Positions 13,112-25,667 of a DNA stretch of 64,000 bases are shown here, one piece after another (positions within the stretch are counted from its first letter, which is position 1; every line of letters starts with the position of its first letter). The DNA is from Callorhinchus milii (Eukaryota): contig NW_024704746.1 of the NCBI RefSeq assembly GCF_018977255.1, positions 496,001 to 560,000 of the forward strand, written 5' to 3'. The notes below the pieces were generated by a model. It was not told the DNA's origin, did not search any database, and worked only from the letters and a program-made list of their open reading frames with translations. The translations under genes and the position numbers were made by a program.

Positions 13112-14848
13112 CTTGATCTTGTTATTTTGTTATTTCACTTCTTACAGGACATCCATAATGATGTGATGTAATCCATGCATGAAAAATAATCTTGAAAGGT
13201 ATTTTTAAGAAAGAAATTTCTCTGTTATAAAGTCTTCGTCAAAAGATTTCTATTTTTGTAGGCATGGTGAAATATGTCTCTTAGATATAATATCAAAAGC
13301 AACATGTTAAACATATAAAGGGAATGTCAGCCTTATTGGGAGTCTATTGTGACTGAAATAATTTTGAAACATTTTAGTTCAGTTTATGCTCCTAAAGAAA
13401 CAGTCATAAAATTTCAAAATTATTCCTTAATATTATTTTAAATAACAAGCGTAATCTACTCTCTGTAAACCAGTACTCTAACTCCCCAATGTACAGTTCA
13501 TCAGCACTATTGCAGTACTCAGATATAATATGTTCAGAGAGCTACAGAATAGCTACTGTAACCAGAAGTGACTTTGAAATACCCTGAGTCAGCTGAATGG
13601 TTGGCTGTGCTGCAGGCAATTAAAGCTATTCTGTCGTTTTTCTGCACTTACGTAGACTTTAGAACATTTTATTACTAATAACAACAATATGGTTATCCAG
13701 GGTCTTGTTAAAGAATTTGCAGCTGGAAATTTTAGCCTTGCAGTGATGAATGTGGTGACTGTGATTGCTTTTTTGGGAACTGTATTCCAAAGAAAGGATT
13801 TGTACATGTCCATTAAGTGGAGGACAAATAGCACAATAGAAGCATGAAATATGCAGAAGGCAACAGCAGGAGCTTGTCTAAAAGATGGCTTATCTAAAAT
13901 GAATGATCATGAAGGCAGATCCAAACAATAAACAGCAAGCAGCACAACATCTGACAAAGGATGTTGTGTGATTTTTATAAACAGTGGCATTCAATATTAT
14001 GTTAGAATACGGCTTTCTATTAGTAAGGTGGATGTCATTTTTGAATATTGTAATACCACAAATTATAACATAGACAAATGAGCTGTGGTTCTGGAACTTA
14101 AGAGGGCAAAAGATTTCCACCACGAGGGAAAGTAAGAGGATTCTATGACCATCGACTTTAGCCAGAAAAGTTTAAGTCCTTGATACGCACTGAGTTAATT
14201 GCTTATTTTGTAAACCAAACTCGGAGTTCCCTAATCTTACAGTGGCTGTTGGAATGGTTATAACAGGACCAGTAGCAAGTGCATGTCACACAAAAGTCTC
14301 AGCAAAATTCAAGAATGGTTTACCATCTGAAAATTTGTCTGTGAATGACACATTGTAGTGAAAGGAAAACATGAAGTACATTATGGAATAAAATTATGAT
14401 AAACAGAGAAACAATCAGGACTGATTTAATTGGTAGACCGGATGGTATTAACAGGAAATGGGCTATTTCATGTATTACGTAGTGACACATATGCATATAT
14501 TATATAATGGCAGTCATCATCTTAATATCACAAGGCTGAGAGTGAGGATATCAGATTGTTAGGGATTTTAAGTTAAGAGTGTAATGTAGGATCACAGTAG
14601 ATCAAATTCAAACATTTCACATTGTGAAATGTTCTAAATATGTCACAGCTGCCAAAGTAGACTTGTGGCTGGGAGACTAGCTTTGTGAGCTTCTGTGTAT
14701 AGCTTCATAAGTATAATTCCTGCTGAGGATCAAAGATGTGGCAATGTGTCCAGCAGTAACCCAATCCAAGGTTAAACCAGATATAAACAACAAAGAGTAA
14801 TTAAGAGAGACACTACATTTATACCATAGTAGAGTATTTTAGAGTGAT

Positions 14849-15029
14849 CAAAGGCAAAATACTGCAGGTCCTGGAAATCTGAAATAAAAACAGAACACTG
14901 GGAACACTCAGGTTAGGCAGCATCTATGGAGAGAGGAAAGTTAAACTTTTAGGTCAATAACCTTTCAACAGAACTCACTGACGAAGGTCATCGACATGAA
15001 ACATTAACTCACTTTCCTCCTCCATATAA
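14849..15029. mobile_element. Foldback (inverted-terminus) Penelope-like remnant with 11-bp TSD and decayed hammerhead cores
   Basis: TSD TTTAGAGTGAT at 14838-14848 and 15030-15040; partly self-complementary; CTGACGA-AGGTC-ATC-GACAT-GAAAC-ATT-AACTC at 14978-15010; same family as 53130-53352. The Penelope assignment is an inference. Confidence 0.7.
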
Positions 15030-16370
15030 TTTAGAGTGATGGCAGGTTTACACAATAGTGAAGCAATTCAGAATGACACCATATTTACACCAAAATTTCC
15101 AATTCACTCTCACCCGGGAATTGAGGAGAGCCCTGCACACGAGCAGAATTCTGCTAATTCTGTGAAACACCATTTCGTTTTTTAATGTTATTAAACCTAA
15201 GTCTAATAACATTAAAAACCTTATGCATCGCCCCCNAGTGAACCACAAAATTGTCAATTTCATTTGAGGTTTTGCGTTGTTTTTGAATGAATATAATGTA
15301 AAAGGCTTTTCTTTTTTTCTATATTCCAAGTATTTTCAAAAGCCCAAGTTTATGAATCCTTCACCTCATTAACCAGAGCCTGTTTCAGGCCTCCTACGGA
15401 AGGAGAGAGAGAGACATCTTAAATGTCTTGAACAGTGGTAGGAAAGACACTTGGGTGTGTTGCAAATGATGTGCCACTATTCTCTGCCCCCAACCCAGAC
15501 AGTTTTGGATACTACTAAGACATTTGACATTGTAATAATACTTGGAGACCAATTTGAATCCATCTGACAAAGGGAGAAACAGTGATGGCTGAAATTGAAT
15601 ACAATGGAACCAGATGGGCATGCAAGGAAATAACTAAACATATCTTTCATTTTCACTGTATTTTACTGTATTCTTTAAAATACTAATTAATCTGAATAAA
15701 GTGTTAATTGATCAGAACTGAGACAGTTTGCCATCTTTCTGACTGTTGCACCATGAGCAAATTACCAGCTGCTAAAACAGTCTGACTAAGCAGAGAGGTT
15801 CAGACTTTATATAAATTAGTCCTTAAATAAAGCCACAAATTGCTGATCGTAATTGGAACAGATTGCAGTATCTTGCAACATACTCTATCATGTTTAGCCC
15901 TGTCATCACACTACCATAACCTTCTCCAAAGTCACCACTTGTTTCATTGCCAATGTTGCTGCTGCTGTTCCGCAAAGTCAATGCTACCTACCGGCCACTG
16001 GCCTCACACAGACACACAGTCATGACCACGATGCAGCACGACTGCTGCAGTTTAATTCAGACACTTTCATTCTCCCTCATAATGTAACAGGATTTTTGAA
16101 TTTTCAACCTGAAGTTCAACTCTATCAAAAAACATCACTTTATTATCGTAAGCTATATGAATGTGCCAAATGGTGAATGTACAGGACATGTAATTGAGGC
16201 TTTGCCATAATGGGGAAAAATAGGACAGAAGAGACAAAAACCCAGAGTATCAGTTAAGTGATGCTAAGCTTAGGCTCTGAAGACCTGCACACTAACTGTA
16301 AAGAGCTTCACAGACTTGAGGTCCGAGGAAAGAATGTGATAGAATTGGCAAGAAAATGATCATATGTAAG

Positions 16371-16691
16371 GGAGTCCTGTAGCTCAGTGGTTAGACCACT
16401 CGCTTTACAAGTGAGAGACCTGAGTTCAATTCCAGGCAGAGCGAAACCTTGGGCAAGTTTCCTTACTCCACACAGAGCCTAATAATAATCCCTCCAAAAC
16501 CAAAAACAATAATAAATTGGTCATTTTCAATCTATGACTGGTTGTGGGACATTGCTGTGCGCAATTGGCTGCCGCGTTCGCCCACAAATATACAGTCAAT
16601 TCATTTTACAGGGTGTTCTGTGAAGCGCTTTTGGGACGTCCTCCCGACGTGAAAAGCGCTATATCAAATGCAAGGATTATTATTATTATTA
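16371..16691 (+). mobile_element. tRNA-derived SINE, short (young) subfamily
   Basis: Near-identical to the 12775 and 22243 copies. Confidence 0.95.
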
Positions 16692-16693
16692 AA

Positions 16694-17042
16694 AGGGAGT
16701 AAACTTAGTGGATGGAGCCCTCGCCTCGCAACCTGGGTTGATTCCTGGGCAGGCCGAAATGTTGGGCAAGTTTTCTTTCTTTCTCTACACGTCTGAAGTT
16801 GTTAGTCAATTAACAGATCACTTTTCTGGAGGTAATAATCCCTTCAAAAACAAATAATAATAATTATTATTTGGTCACTTCAATTTGCGACTGTTTGTGG
16901 GACGCTGCTGTGTGCAATTGGCTGCTGTGTATCACCCACAAAATATACAGTCAATTCACTTTACAGCATTTTCTGTGAAGCTCTTTTAGACCTCTCAAAG
17001 ACGTGATAAGGCGCAATATCAAATGCAAGGATTTATTATTAT
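16694..17042 (+). mobile_element. tRNA-derived SINE, older copy in tandem with the previous one
   Basis: Decayed head, recognisable body, tail atatcaaatgcaaggatttattatt. Confidence 0.88.
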
Positions 17043-17137
17043 AAACGGACGAACAAGAGAGAGTTTTTAAAAAATGCTTAGCAGTGATAGGAGACTGGGA
17101 CAATATATGTCTAACAGAATCTATGAAAGTGATACTA
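17041..17137 (+). repeat. About 100-bp SINE 3'-flank shared with 57198-57299
   Basis: aaacgga...gcttagcagtgatagga.actgggacaatat.tgtctaa.ag.atctatgaaag follows a SINE tail at both loci. Confidence 0.85.
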
Positions 17138-18139
17138 CCTCGGGCACCCAGGAGGATTTACATATTGGAATTCAGATTTTACATAATAATTTTGAAAATG
17201 GGATTTAAAAGCAAGAGATGCTATTTCTAATCTTTCTTGTTTTGTTGGACTTCATCTTCTGATGATTTCGCCTGCTACAAATTTGTTTGAATAGATACTT
17301 ACAATTTATTGTGTAGACACAGAAATCACAATTTATTGCATGCATAGACCAGAGAAAAACCCTGTAATTATATTTTGTATAACAACCATCTTTATGTTGG
17401 ATTTTAGTGATTCATTTATTTTTGCATATGTGTCAAAACTTTAGATTACATATGCATGAACAATACACAGTCACTGCACTTGTTGAGAAATACCTATGAA
17501 GTGTTTTGAGACATTTTGATTCATACAGATGCTTCATCAAATACAAGGATTCTTTATTTAAAAAAAAGATTGCATTTGATATTGCACCTTTCATATCAGG
17601 AGAATGTTACAGGAATAACTGTAAAGTGCAGTGAATATTTTGTAGGCAAACAGTGGAGATATCTTAAAGATAAAAGATCCAACTCACAAACTCTAAACAT
17701 ATGGCTTTGCAAATCTTCAAAGAACCAGCAAAGAAGAGGCACTGTAAGCACAATGTAGAGAATAATCATTTTTCTATAATCGTCAACAGTCTGAAGTTTG
17801 ATTGGATTAATAAATCTAATTAATTTGACAAATTATGAATAAAACGTATTTGGCAAATTGTATTTAGCTGCATGATATCCATTATAAAGGAGAAACAGTA
17901 GAGTGACACCAATCAGTTTTCTGCACTGATCCTATCCTACCTCCAATATTGTTGTACTTGCATTTTCTAAAGCATCATTTGTAATCTCATGGCCCTATAC
18001 CTGGCATTGATCTGGAAAACATTTATTCTTCATTTCAAACCTCCTCAACACCATGATTTGGATCCTTTTAAATGGCACATCCAAAGGGAAGCTTAGGCCT
18101 ACATTTCTAAAGTTTTGTTTTGCGGGAAATCTATCTGTA

Positions 18140-18640
18140 AAGGTCATAGAATTTACAACACGGAAGCAGACCATTTGGCCCAAAGTGACCGCATTGAATC
18201 CCTGAAAATACTACCCACATATAGTTCCATTTCACTGCTCTTTCACCACTTTATAATTCTCTTTTTCAAATATTTGTCTAATTTCCTTTTTAAAGCTGTA
18301 CTGGATTCTGTTTTGACTTTTTGGGGTTTGTTTTTTGGTAATCTTAAATCGATGCCCTCCAGCTAGCAACTCACTGGCCAGTATAAATGTTTCTCCTTAT
18401 TTACCCCATTAAAAACCTCTCATTATTCTGTTCAGCTTTACAGTATATTTTATATGTACTTGACAGTATACTTTATATGTACTTTGCAGTATATTTTGGG
18501 AAATGCTTTGGCATCTCAACAATGCGATAAGGTCACATGATATCAAATGCAAGGATTATTATTATTATCTATTTCATGTTTCCTGCCATCCTTCTTTAAC
18601 CCAGTGAAAACAGCCCCAATTTCTCTAGTTATCTGTACAT
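18140..18640 (-). mobile_element. Old CR1 3' fragment interrupted by a SINE 3' fragment (+, about 18430-18568)
   Basis: catagaatttacaacacggaagcagaccatttggccc is a reverse CR1 tail; SINE tail atatcaaatgcaaggattattattat at 18540-18568. Confidence 0.65.
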
Positions 18641-18949
18641 CCTATTGTTTTACCCTGCACAGCAAGCTGCTAAAATCAGTCCCAGATTTGATTTAATTCT
18701 ATATTAGAAAAGCCCGTGTATACAATAAACTTGCAGAATATACAGTGCTTCCCATGTGCCTAACTGAGCCTTCTGCATCTTTTTCTTACTTTTTTGAGTA
18801 TTGATGCATCTTAATACTTTTGAAGTGATTTGCTGCATCTGAGAGCAGGGATTTCTGCTGAAATCTTCTGTTGAAATCTATGTTCTCCTCACAAGATATT
18901 ACCAGTAAATAAAAGACAAGTTGGTGAGTTGGATACCAGCTTGATACAT

Positions 18950-19490
18950 ATCATAGATTCATAGATTCATAGAATGTTACGGCACAGAAGGAGGCCATTC
19001 GGTCCATCGAGTCTGTGCGGCTCTTTGACAGAGCGTCACTTTCACTAACCCCAATCACCAGCTTTCTCCCCATAACGCTGCAAACCCGTCTTCCCCCGAT
19101 ACCTGTCCAGTTCTCTCTTAAAAGCTGTTATCGAATCAGACTTCACTGCCCTATCGGGCAGATCATTCCAAATTCTAACAACTCGCTGAGTGAAAACATT
19201 TCTTCTAACCCTAACCTCCCCTCTACTTCTTTTGGTAGATATCTTAAGACTGTGACCACAGGTCACAGACACACCTACCTGCGGAAACAGCTTTTCCTTA
19301 TCTCGCCTGTCGAAACCTTTCATGATCTTGAAGACCTCTATCAGGTCCCCGCGTAACCTTCTCTGCTCTAATGGGAAAAGTCCTAACTTCTCCACTGTCC
19401 TCATAGCTAAGGTTCCCCATTCCTGGTATCATTCTCGTGAATCTCCTCTGTACCCTTTCCAGTGCCCTAAGTCCTTCCTGCAGTAAGGTG
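18950..19490 (-). mobile_element. CR1 LINE 3' fragment
   Basis: ORF LGLFPLEQRRLRGDLIEVFKIMKG...FTQRVVRIWNDLP...FKRELD (CR1 ORF2 C-terminus); (ATAGATTC)n tail at 18950-18975. Confidence 0.95.
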
Positions 19491-20982
19491 ATTTAAATTC
19501 TGTCTGCCAAAGTCCTTAATATACAAGATTTATTTTGGCTGAAGGTTATGGAGTATTTACACAAACCTCAATCATAGTTTCCAATGAAGACATACGATTC
19601 TTGGCCATTCAATGAACATACTGGAGACTCAACTCTCAATTCAATATGATTGATTGTGTCATTAGAGCATGAGGCTTTCTACCTTCTTCTAGCTATCGGA
19701 AGATATTTAAGTTTATGGAAAAACTGCAGCCATCAGAGCCAAGGATTCTTCAGACCATGTTGTGGAAAGACTAGGATACATTGAAAAAAGTCTCCAAATT
19801 GATTTTCCTTTTTACTCTAGCCACTAAACTTGTTGAGTATTGTAGAAATTGGATCTACACCACATTCACAGTAACAACTATTAAGTAGATAAGTATGCTC
19901 ACAGTGAAACACCAAACAAGAGATTATTGTTGGCTGGGGCTGTCACCATTGTACTCTTTAGTAACTATTGATGTTAATTCAAAGTGTAAAAAAAAACTTA
20001 CAAAAATTTAGTGTGTAAGAAAAGAATGTCAGCAATTAAATCAGTGTCTTTTTGTACAATTAAGAAAGTAAACAATAGAAATCCCCAATGTAAATTTTAA
20101 AAAAATCAATGCTAAATCAAAGCTTGCCTGAAAATGCCTAAAAGTTGCATGTAATAATTTACTCCTGTGATAATTACCATTATCAAGGACAACTGGATGA
20201 TGTGAACAAGAAAAGCACTAGAATAAGAAGGTATTGTATGTTTGTTATGCGACTGAGATCTAAAATTCATGTTTACTGAAATTGGCAAAATTGTAGACAG
20301 GGCAAAATATTGGGTATTTTTTAAAGAACAGAGTAATTTAGGCCCAGGTTCCAAAAAACTGTAACAAAACTGAGAATGAAGAAATGGACAACAGGTTTAA
20401 TATTTCAAATCCCATAAGATATGTATTTACTGAAATTATAAATGACTCGGCTGAGAAAGATACCCACCTGAACACTAAATAGCAATCACTGCCACTGCAT
20501 AACGTTAGGATAACATCTCAGAATGCTTTACATACACACAAAATAATAAGTGAGATTTATTTATTTGTTCGTCTAGAATGCCTCACTAACTGTGATCGGC
20601 AGGATACTACCTTATCAAGTGGAGAAAGAATAACCACAATCCTTTCTAATTCATACCTAATATTTTTTGGTTCAGTTTTTAGGGCAATGATAGAGTCATT
20701 ACCATGTTGAGTTTGCAATTTTATGTTACGGATGGAACTGCTATTATACATGAGACATCACACGACTAAATATTTTGACAAAATGTGAATACGTGATTCT
20801 GAATAATATTTTATCCCAACGGCTCGAGGGGTTAAACTGGTGATGAGAAATTCTCTAATGATAAGCACAGCAAAATACTATTAAAGATAATATGATTTTT
20901 CAGCAAATTGGGCAATTTTGCTGCACATTTTGCTGAAAAAAATGGTCAATCTGTTATAACACAGTGTTTGTTTGTCTTTTAG

Positions 20983-21022
20983 CAACATCGTCGCCTTGAC
21001 CTCCTGACCATAACAAACCCGG
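20983..21022 (+). CDS. AGBL4: Internal coding exon (40 nt, phase 0 to phase 1) of cytosolic carboxypeptidase 6 / AGBL4, probably exon 6
   Basis: Polypyrimidine tract tgtttgtttgtcttttAG (AG at 20981-20982) and donor GG|gtgagt (GT at 21023). It translates as QHRRLDLLTITNP+G, versus recalled human AGBL4 QQRKLDLLTITSP(D), whose exon I also recall as 40 nt. Identification is from memory, not from a search. Confidence 0.88.
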
Positions 21023-21949
21023 GTGAGTAAAAATGCTGCTTCATATCTTCTGCTTTAAACAGCGGTTGTCTACACATGGGTTTCCTCTGACACTAAATGA
21101 AATGCACTGTTCCCCAGACAAATTTTACATAGCAGCCGCAAATGACAGTTATATTGGAAGTGGCATGGCCCTAAGCAGTAATATGTCTTTAGAGATGCCT
21201 ATCTAGGCCTTTAGTCTCAGCACTGCAGGACTGATCATTCTGTGTCTGAAGATTTGCCCTTGAGGGGCAGGACATTTTTGTGAAAACTGAATGCTGTAGC
21301 AAGACCATATCTAATATCCTTATGAAAGAACATGATCTAAATGTATACTTATTGTTATTAATGGATCAGTGTTATCATTCTCAATATTGCAATAAATTCC
21401 AGTTTAATGAATACTTTGCAAGGTCAATATAACTGTTAAGTGATAGAAACAGAAATTCGGAAGTAATTTTTTTNCCCTGTGTTCTTTCAGTTATTTGTAT
21501 TGCAGTTTTTATATCCTATTCTAACAAATTCCTTTTTTAGTCAACAATGATTTATCTTGTTTACAGCGCAGGTTACATATGATCACTCACGATCAGAACC
21601 AAACTGAATTTTGATCTTGATGTAACATGAATTAGCTCAGTTCAGTTAACTTGCTGAATTCACTGATTTGCCTAGTTTGAATGCAGGACAATTCTTGAAA
21701 TGTTGAATATTGGAAATGTTTAATATTACTCACAATGAATCTTATTAACTATATTTTATGAATAAAGGGGCTTTGCACAATGAGACTGATTGATAGTGGG
21801 CTATAAATACATTTCCAAAGGAAATGCCATATGTTTGGGGGGCAATATTCCAATACCTAATATAAGTGCATTATTTATAAGGGCTTTCTTTAAGATAATA
21901 ACGTTATTTACACAAAGTTTCAAATAGTGGTAGGTGACATTACTTGCTG

Positions 21950-22020
21950 TACACTGTCCAAGGCCTTGGGACGTCTTCCCGACGTGAAAGGCGCCATACA
22001 AATGTAATCTTGTTGTTGTT
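21950..22020 (+). mobile_element. L2 tail fragment
   Basis: ccttgggacgtcttcccgacgtgaaaggcgccatacaaatgtaatcttgttgttgtt. Confidence 0.8.
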
Positions 22021-22099
22021 TACAGACTGCAACATTATAATGTCAAACTGTTTGGTGGATGCCTGGCATAACATAGCATAACATAACTTCTAGAGTGCT

Positions 22100-23310
22100 C
22101 TAACATACTGTTCGCCTACCTAATTGCTGCTGCACCTGCAGACTAACTTTCTGTGATTGGTGTACAAGGACACCCAAGTCCCTCTGGACACTAACACATT
22201 CCAGTCTCTCCCCTTCTAAAAAATAACCCGCTCTCCTGTTTTTAATAATAATAATAATCCTTGCATTTGATATAGCGCTTTTCACGTCAGGAGGACGTCC
22301 CAAAGTGCTTCACAGAACACACTGTAAAGTGAATTGACTGTATATTTGTGGGCGAACGTGGCAGCCAATTGCGCACAGCAATGTCCCACAAACAGTCGTA
22401 GATTGAAAATGACCAATTTATTATTGTTTTGTTTTTTGGAGGGATTATTATTAGGCTCTGTGTGGAGTAAGGAAACTTGCCCAAGGTTTCGCCCTGACTG
22501 GAATTGAACTCAGGTCGCTTGCAAAGCGAGTGCTCTAACCACTGAGCTACAGGACTCCATGACTCCATTATTGCATTATTTTGCTCCCGAGGTGGATGAC
22601 TTCGCATTTCCCTACATTATACTTCATCTGCCACCTACCTGCCCAATCACCTAACCTTTCTATGTCGTACTGCATTTTTTTAATGTCGTCCTCTGTGGTG
22701 ACACTTCCTCCTAGTTTTGTGTCATCCGCAATCTAGATATATTAACTTCAATGTCCTCATCTAGATCGTTGATGTAGATGGTAAATAGCTGAAGCCCAAG
22801 GACTGATCCTTGTGGCATCCACTAGTCACATCCCGCCAATCTGAAAAGGACCCGTTTATTCCTACTCTTTGTTTCCTACCCGTTAACCATTCCCCAATCC
22901 ATGGAAGTCTAAATAGACCACATCCACTGCTTCACCCTTATCTAGTTTACTCGAAATAACCTCAAAAAACTCTGAGATTTGTCAAACATAACTTCCCTTT
23001 TGTAAAGCCATGTTGACTTGGACTAATTATATTGTGCCCTGAATGCCGTACTACCACATCCTTAATCAACGATTCTAAAATGTTTCCTATCGCTGATGTG
23101 AGACTAACTGCCTATAATTCCCCATCTTTTCCTTTTCCACCTTTTTTAAATAGTGGTGTGACATTTGCGATGTTCCAATCCATGGGCACTGTTCCAGAAT
23201 CTGAGGAATTTTGGAAGATCAGACACAAGGCCTCCACTAACTCATAAGCTCCTCTTTTAAAACCCTGGGAAGCAAACCATCCAGACCAGGGGATTTGTCA
23301 CTTTTTAGCA
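22100..23310 (-). mobile_element. CR1 LINE internal RT fragment, degraded, with nested SINE
   Basis: Minus-strand remnants QRDLGVLVH, PQGSVLG, ADDTKL, QHGFTKG. Confidence 0.88.
22243..22559 (-). mobile_element. tRNA-derived SINE, short (young) subfamily, inserted in CR1
   Basis: Reverse complement of the 12775/16371 copies; (TAA)n at 22243-22258. Confidence 0.95.
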
Positions 23311-23389
23311 GTAGCAATGCACAGGAGGGAATGTAGGAAGATTGTTTAAACTAAGAAATCAATCTTGTACAGTGTTAGAAACATCATAG

Positions 23390-23442
23390 AGTGGAGTTAG
23401 TTAGTGGAGTTAGTTAAGTGGAGTTAGTTAGTGAAGTTAGTT
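23390..23442 (+). repeat. 13-bp minisatellite (AGTGGAGTTAGTT) x4
   Basis: Directly visible tandem array. Confidence 0.9.
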
Positions 23443-24319
23443 GCTCTATTTAGTCAGGCACTCTGTTTAGAATTGGTATGTAGCCATTATGTGTTTTGGA
23501 GCCATATCTATAAATGCTACTTCATCTGTTATAATCAATGCATAAAAATCTGTGAGTTGCAGAATTGTCTAGCATGCAGAGGTAGCAGGTCTGGGTGACA
23601 AATCTGGCTGTTTATAGAAAAGGGTTTGAATCCTCCAGTGAGATTTGATAATTTGACAATTAAAGCTGGAATGACTTGAGTGACTCCTAAGAATTTCCAA
23701 TTTGCTAACAGTAGAATTCGATCTTAAAGTTGTTTTTAATTGCAAAATTAAGTATGTAGTACTGCAGTTCATTTTATTGCACCTACTGATTGCAAAAGTT
23801 GCATGTGCTGAGTAAAATTGTGACCGTTTTATTGCACCTGCTGATTGCAAAACACGATGTAAATACATGACATCTTATATCAGTGTTTCTCTGGAGACCA
23901 AAAGGTGAAGCAAAACATGAAACAGTTTATTTTAGATGTACTTCTTTTCATATCCTGCATGTTTTGTATTCATGAAAATGTGTTTAGCATTATCAAAAAT
24001 AATGGAAATGGAAAATCCTCTAGCCTCAGAGCAGATTATTTATATACTAATAGATAGAGGACTGATTTTCCACATAAACTAAACATTGAAAAAAATAATT
24101 CATGAAAAAATCCAAATTAGAAAACAATGTACCACTTTTTACTGCCCTAAAAATAGTTATGATATGATGTTACGTTTACTAAAACAGTGGTTTGCCTAAT
24201 TGTGAAAAGGCTCTATATTAATAATCTACTATATATTTATATATAATATGAATTAATATATAATAATGTATTAATGTGACCATAGAGTATCACAGAAAAG
24301 CCTGATAATAATACACATC

Positions 24320-24430
24320 AGCACAAAATACGCAGTCACTTCACTTTACAGTATATCCTGTGAAGCGCTTTGAGACATCTCAACAATGTGATAAGGCGCC
24401 ATATCAAATGCAAGAGTTATTATTAATAAT
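24320..24430 (+). mobile_element. SINE 3' fragment
   Basis: cactttacagtatatcctgtgaagcgctttgagacatc...atatcaaatgcaag. Confidence 0.8.
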
Positions 24431-24887
24431 ATATATTATTAATATAGAGTATTATTTTTAATAATTTGGAGCCTTATATTGCCCAAACCTCTCAAAGCCC
24501 TTCACAGGATTTTATTTTAAAATGTAATGACTGCATTGGCAGTCAAATCTGCTCATGCAATATTCAGGAAAGTTGGAGGAGGAGAGGAAATGTCGGCCCC
24601 TCACCTTCCTGGCCTGAGGTACAGCAGCAGCAAGCCATACCAATCAACAATAAATTACAATTAGAGCTGGAGTTAGCTGATCTCAGCTCCGTCATTGGCC
24701 TGGGGAAGGAATCAACCAGGGTTCCTACTCCCAATACTTAACCAGTCATTCCTGCTAGAAAAGGCAGTGTTTGTTTGCCAGTTGACCAAAGTCCCTCAAG
24801 TCCAATAGTCCGTTGATACTCAATGCCGAGCTTCACATCTATAGACTGGCCATTCCTTTATGTGCAAAAGAAAGTCATCTTTCTTTC

Positions 24888-25088
24888 AAATTCCTTCAAA
24901 AAAAGATAATAAATTGGTCACTTCAACCCACGACTGTCTGTGGGACGCTGCTGTGTGCAATTGGCTGCCACGTTTCACCCACAAATTACACAGTCAATTC
25001 ACTTTACAGTATATTCTGTGAAGCACTTTTGAGACGGCTTGAAGACTTGATAAGGTGCTACATCAAATGGAAGGATTATTATTATTAT
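24888..25088 (+). mobile_element. SINE 3' half
   Basis: cgactgtctgtgggacgctgctgtgtgcaattggctgcc ... (TTA)n. Confidence 0.88.
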
Positions 25089-25227
25089 CTTGCGGTCCTG
25101 ATTTTATTGATAATTCAACAGTTTATGTTGGTCAAGGCGGCAATAGGAAGAAAACAGGAGAGTTAATGGAAGGAGAGAAAGAGACTGATAGATTAAGAGA
25201 GAATGAGGAAGGTGGATAATATTGTGA

Positions 25228-25667
25228 ATTAATAGAATTATACAGCACACAAAGAGGCCATTTGACCCATAGTGTCCGTGCCAGCGCTTTGACAGAGCAA
25301 CTCAAAAGAATCCCTCTCCCCTGCTCTCTCCCCATAACTTTGGAAATTTGTTCTCCCAAATATCTATCAAGTCCTCTCTTAAAAGTTGTTATTGAATCAG
25401 CTCCCATCACCCTTTCAGGCAATGCATTCCAGATCTGAACAACTCGCTGTGTGAAAACAATTCTTCTCACCTCCCCACTGGTTCTTTTGACAACTATCTT
25501 AAATCTGTGTCCTCTGGTTACCGACCTACCTGCAAGTGGAAACAGTTTCTCCTTAGTCACTCCATCAAATTCACTCATAATTTTCAACACCTTTATTAAG
25601 TCTCCTCTTAACCTTCTCTGCTCCAAGTAGAATAATCCTAGCTTCTCCAATCTCTCCACATTACTCA
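25228..25667 (-). mobile_element. CR1 LINE 3' fragment
   Basis: ERLEKLGLFYLEQRRLRGDLIKVLKIM...FTQRVVQIWNALP. Confidence 0.93.

Larger units (their letters stand above)
1..20982 (+). other. 3' part of a large intron (inferred AGBL4 intron 5)
   Basis: No other AGBL4-like exon recognised upstream; the region is TE-rich and ends in the acceptor AG. Confidence 0.7.

Noticed and set aside
12648-13171. Repeated peptide MGKFPYSTQSLIIIPPK... in several ORFs
   Set aside because: It is a translation of the SINE body; the poly-Y/L/I runs come from the (TTA)n tail.
18438-18497. Short tandem duplications (23-bp unit here; others at about 34790-34822 and 53912-53948)
   Set aside because: Ordinary slippage products with no further structure.
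3173-21474. Single N bases at 3173, 15236 and 21474
   Set aside because: All sit at homopolymer edges, so they are assembly or consensus ambiguity, not biology.
23390-23442. CRISPR-like short repeats
   Set aside because: This is a spacerless tandem minisatellite in a eukaryotic intron.
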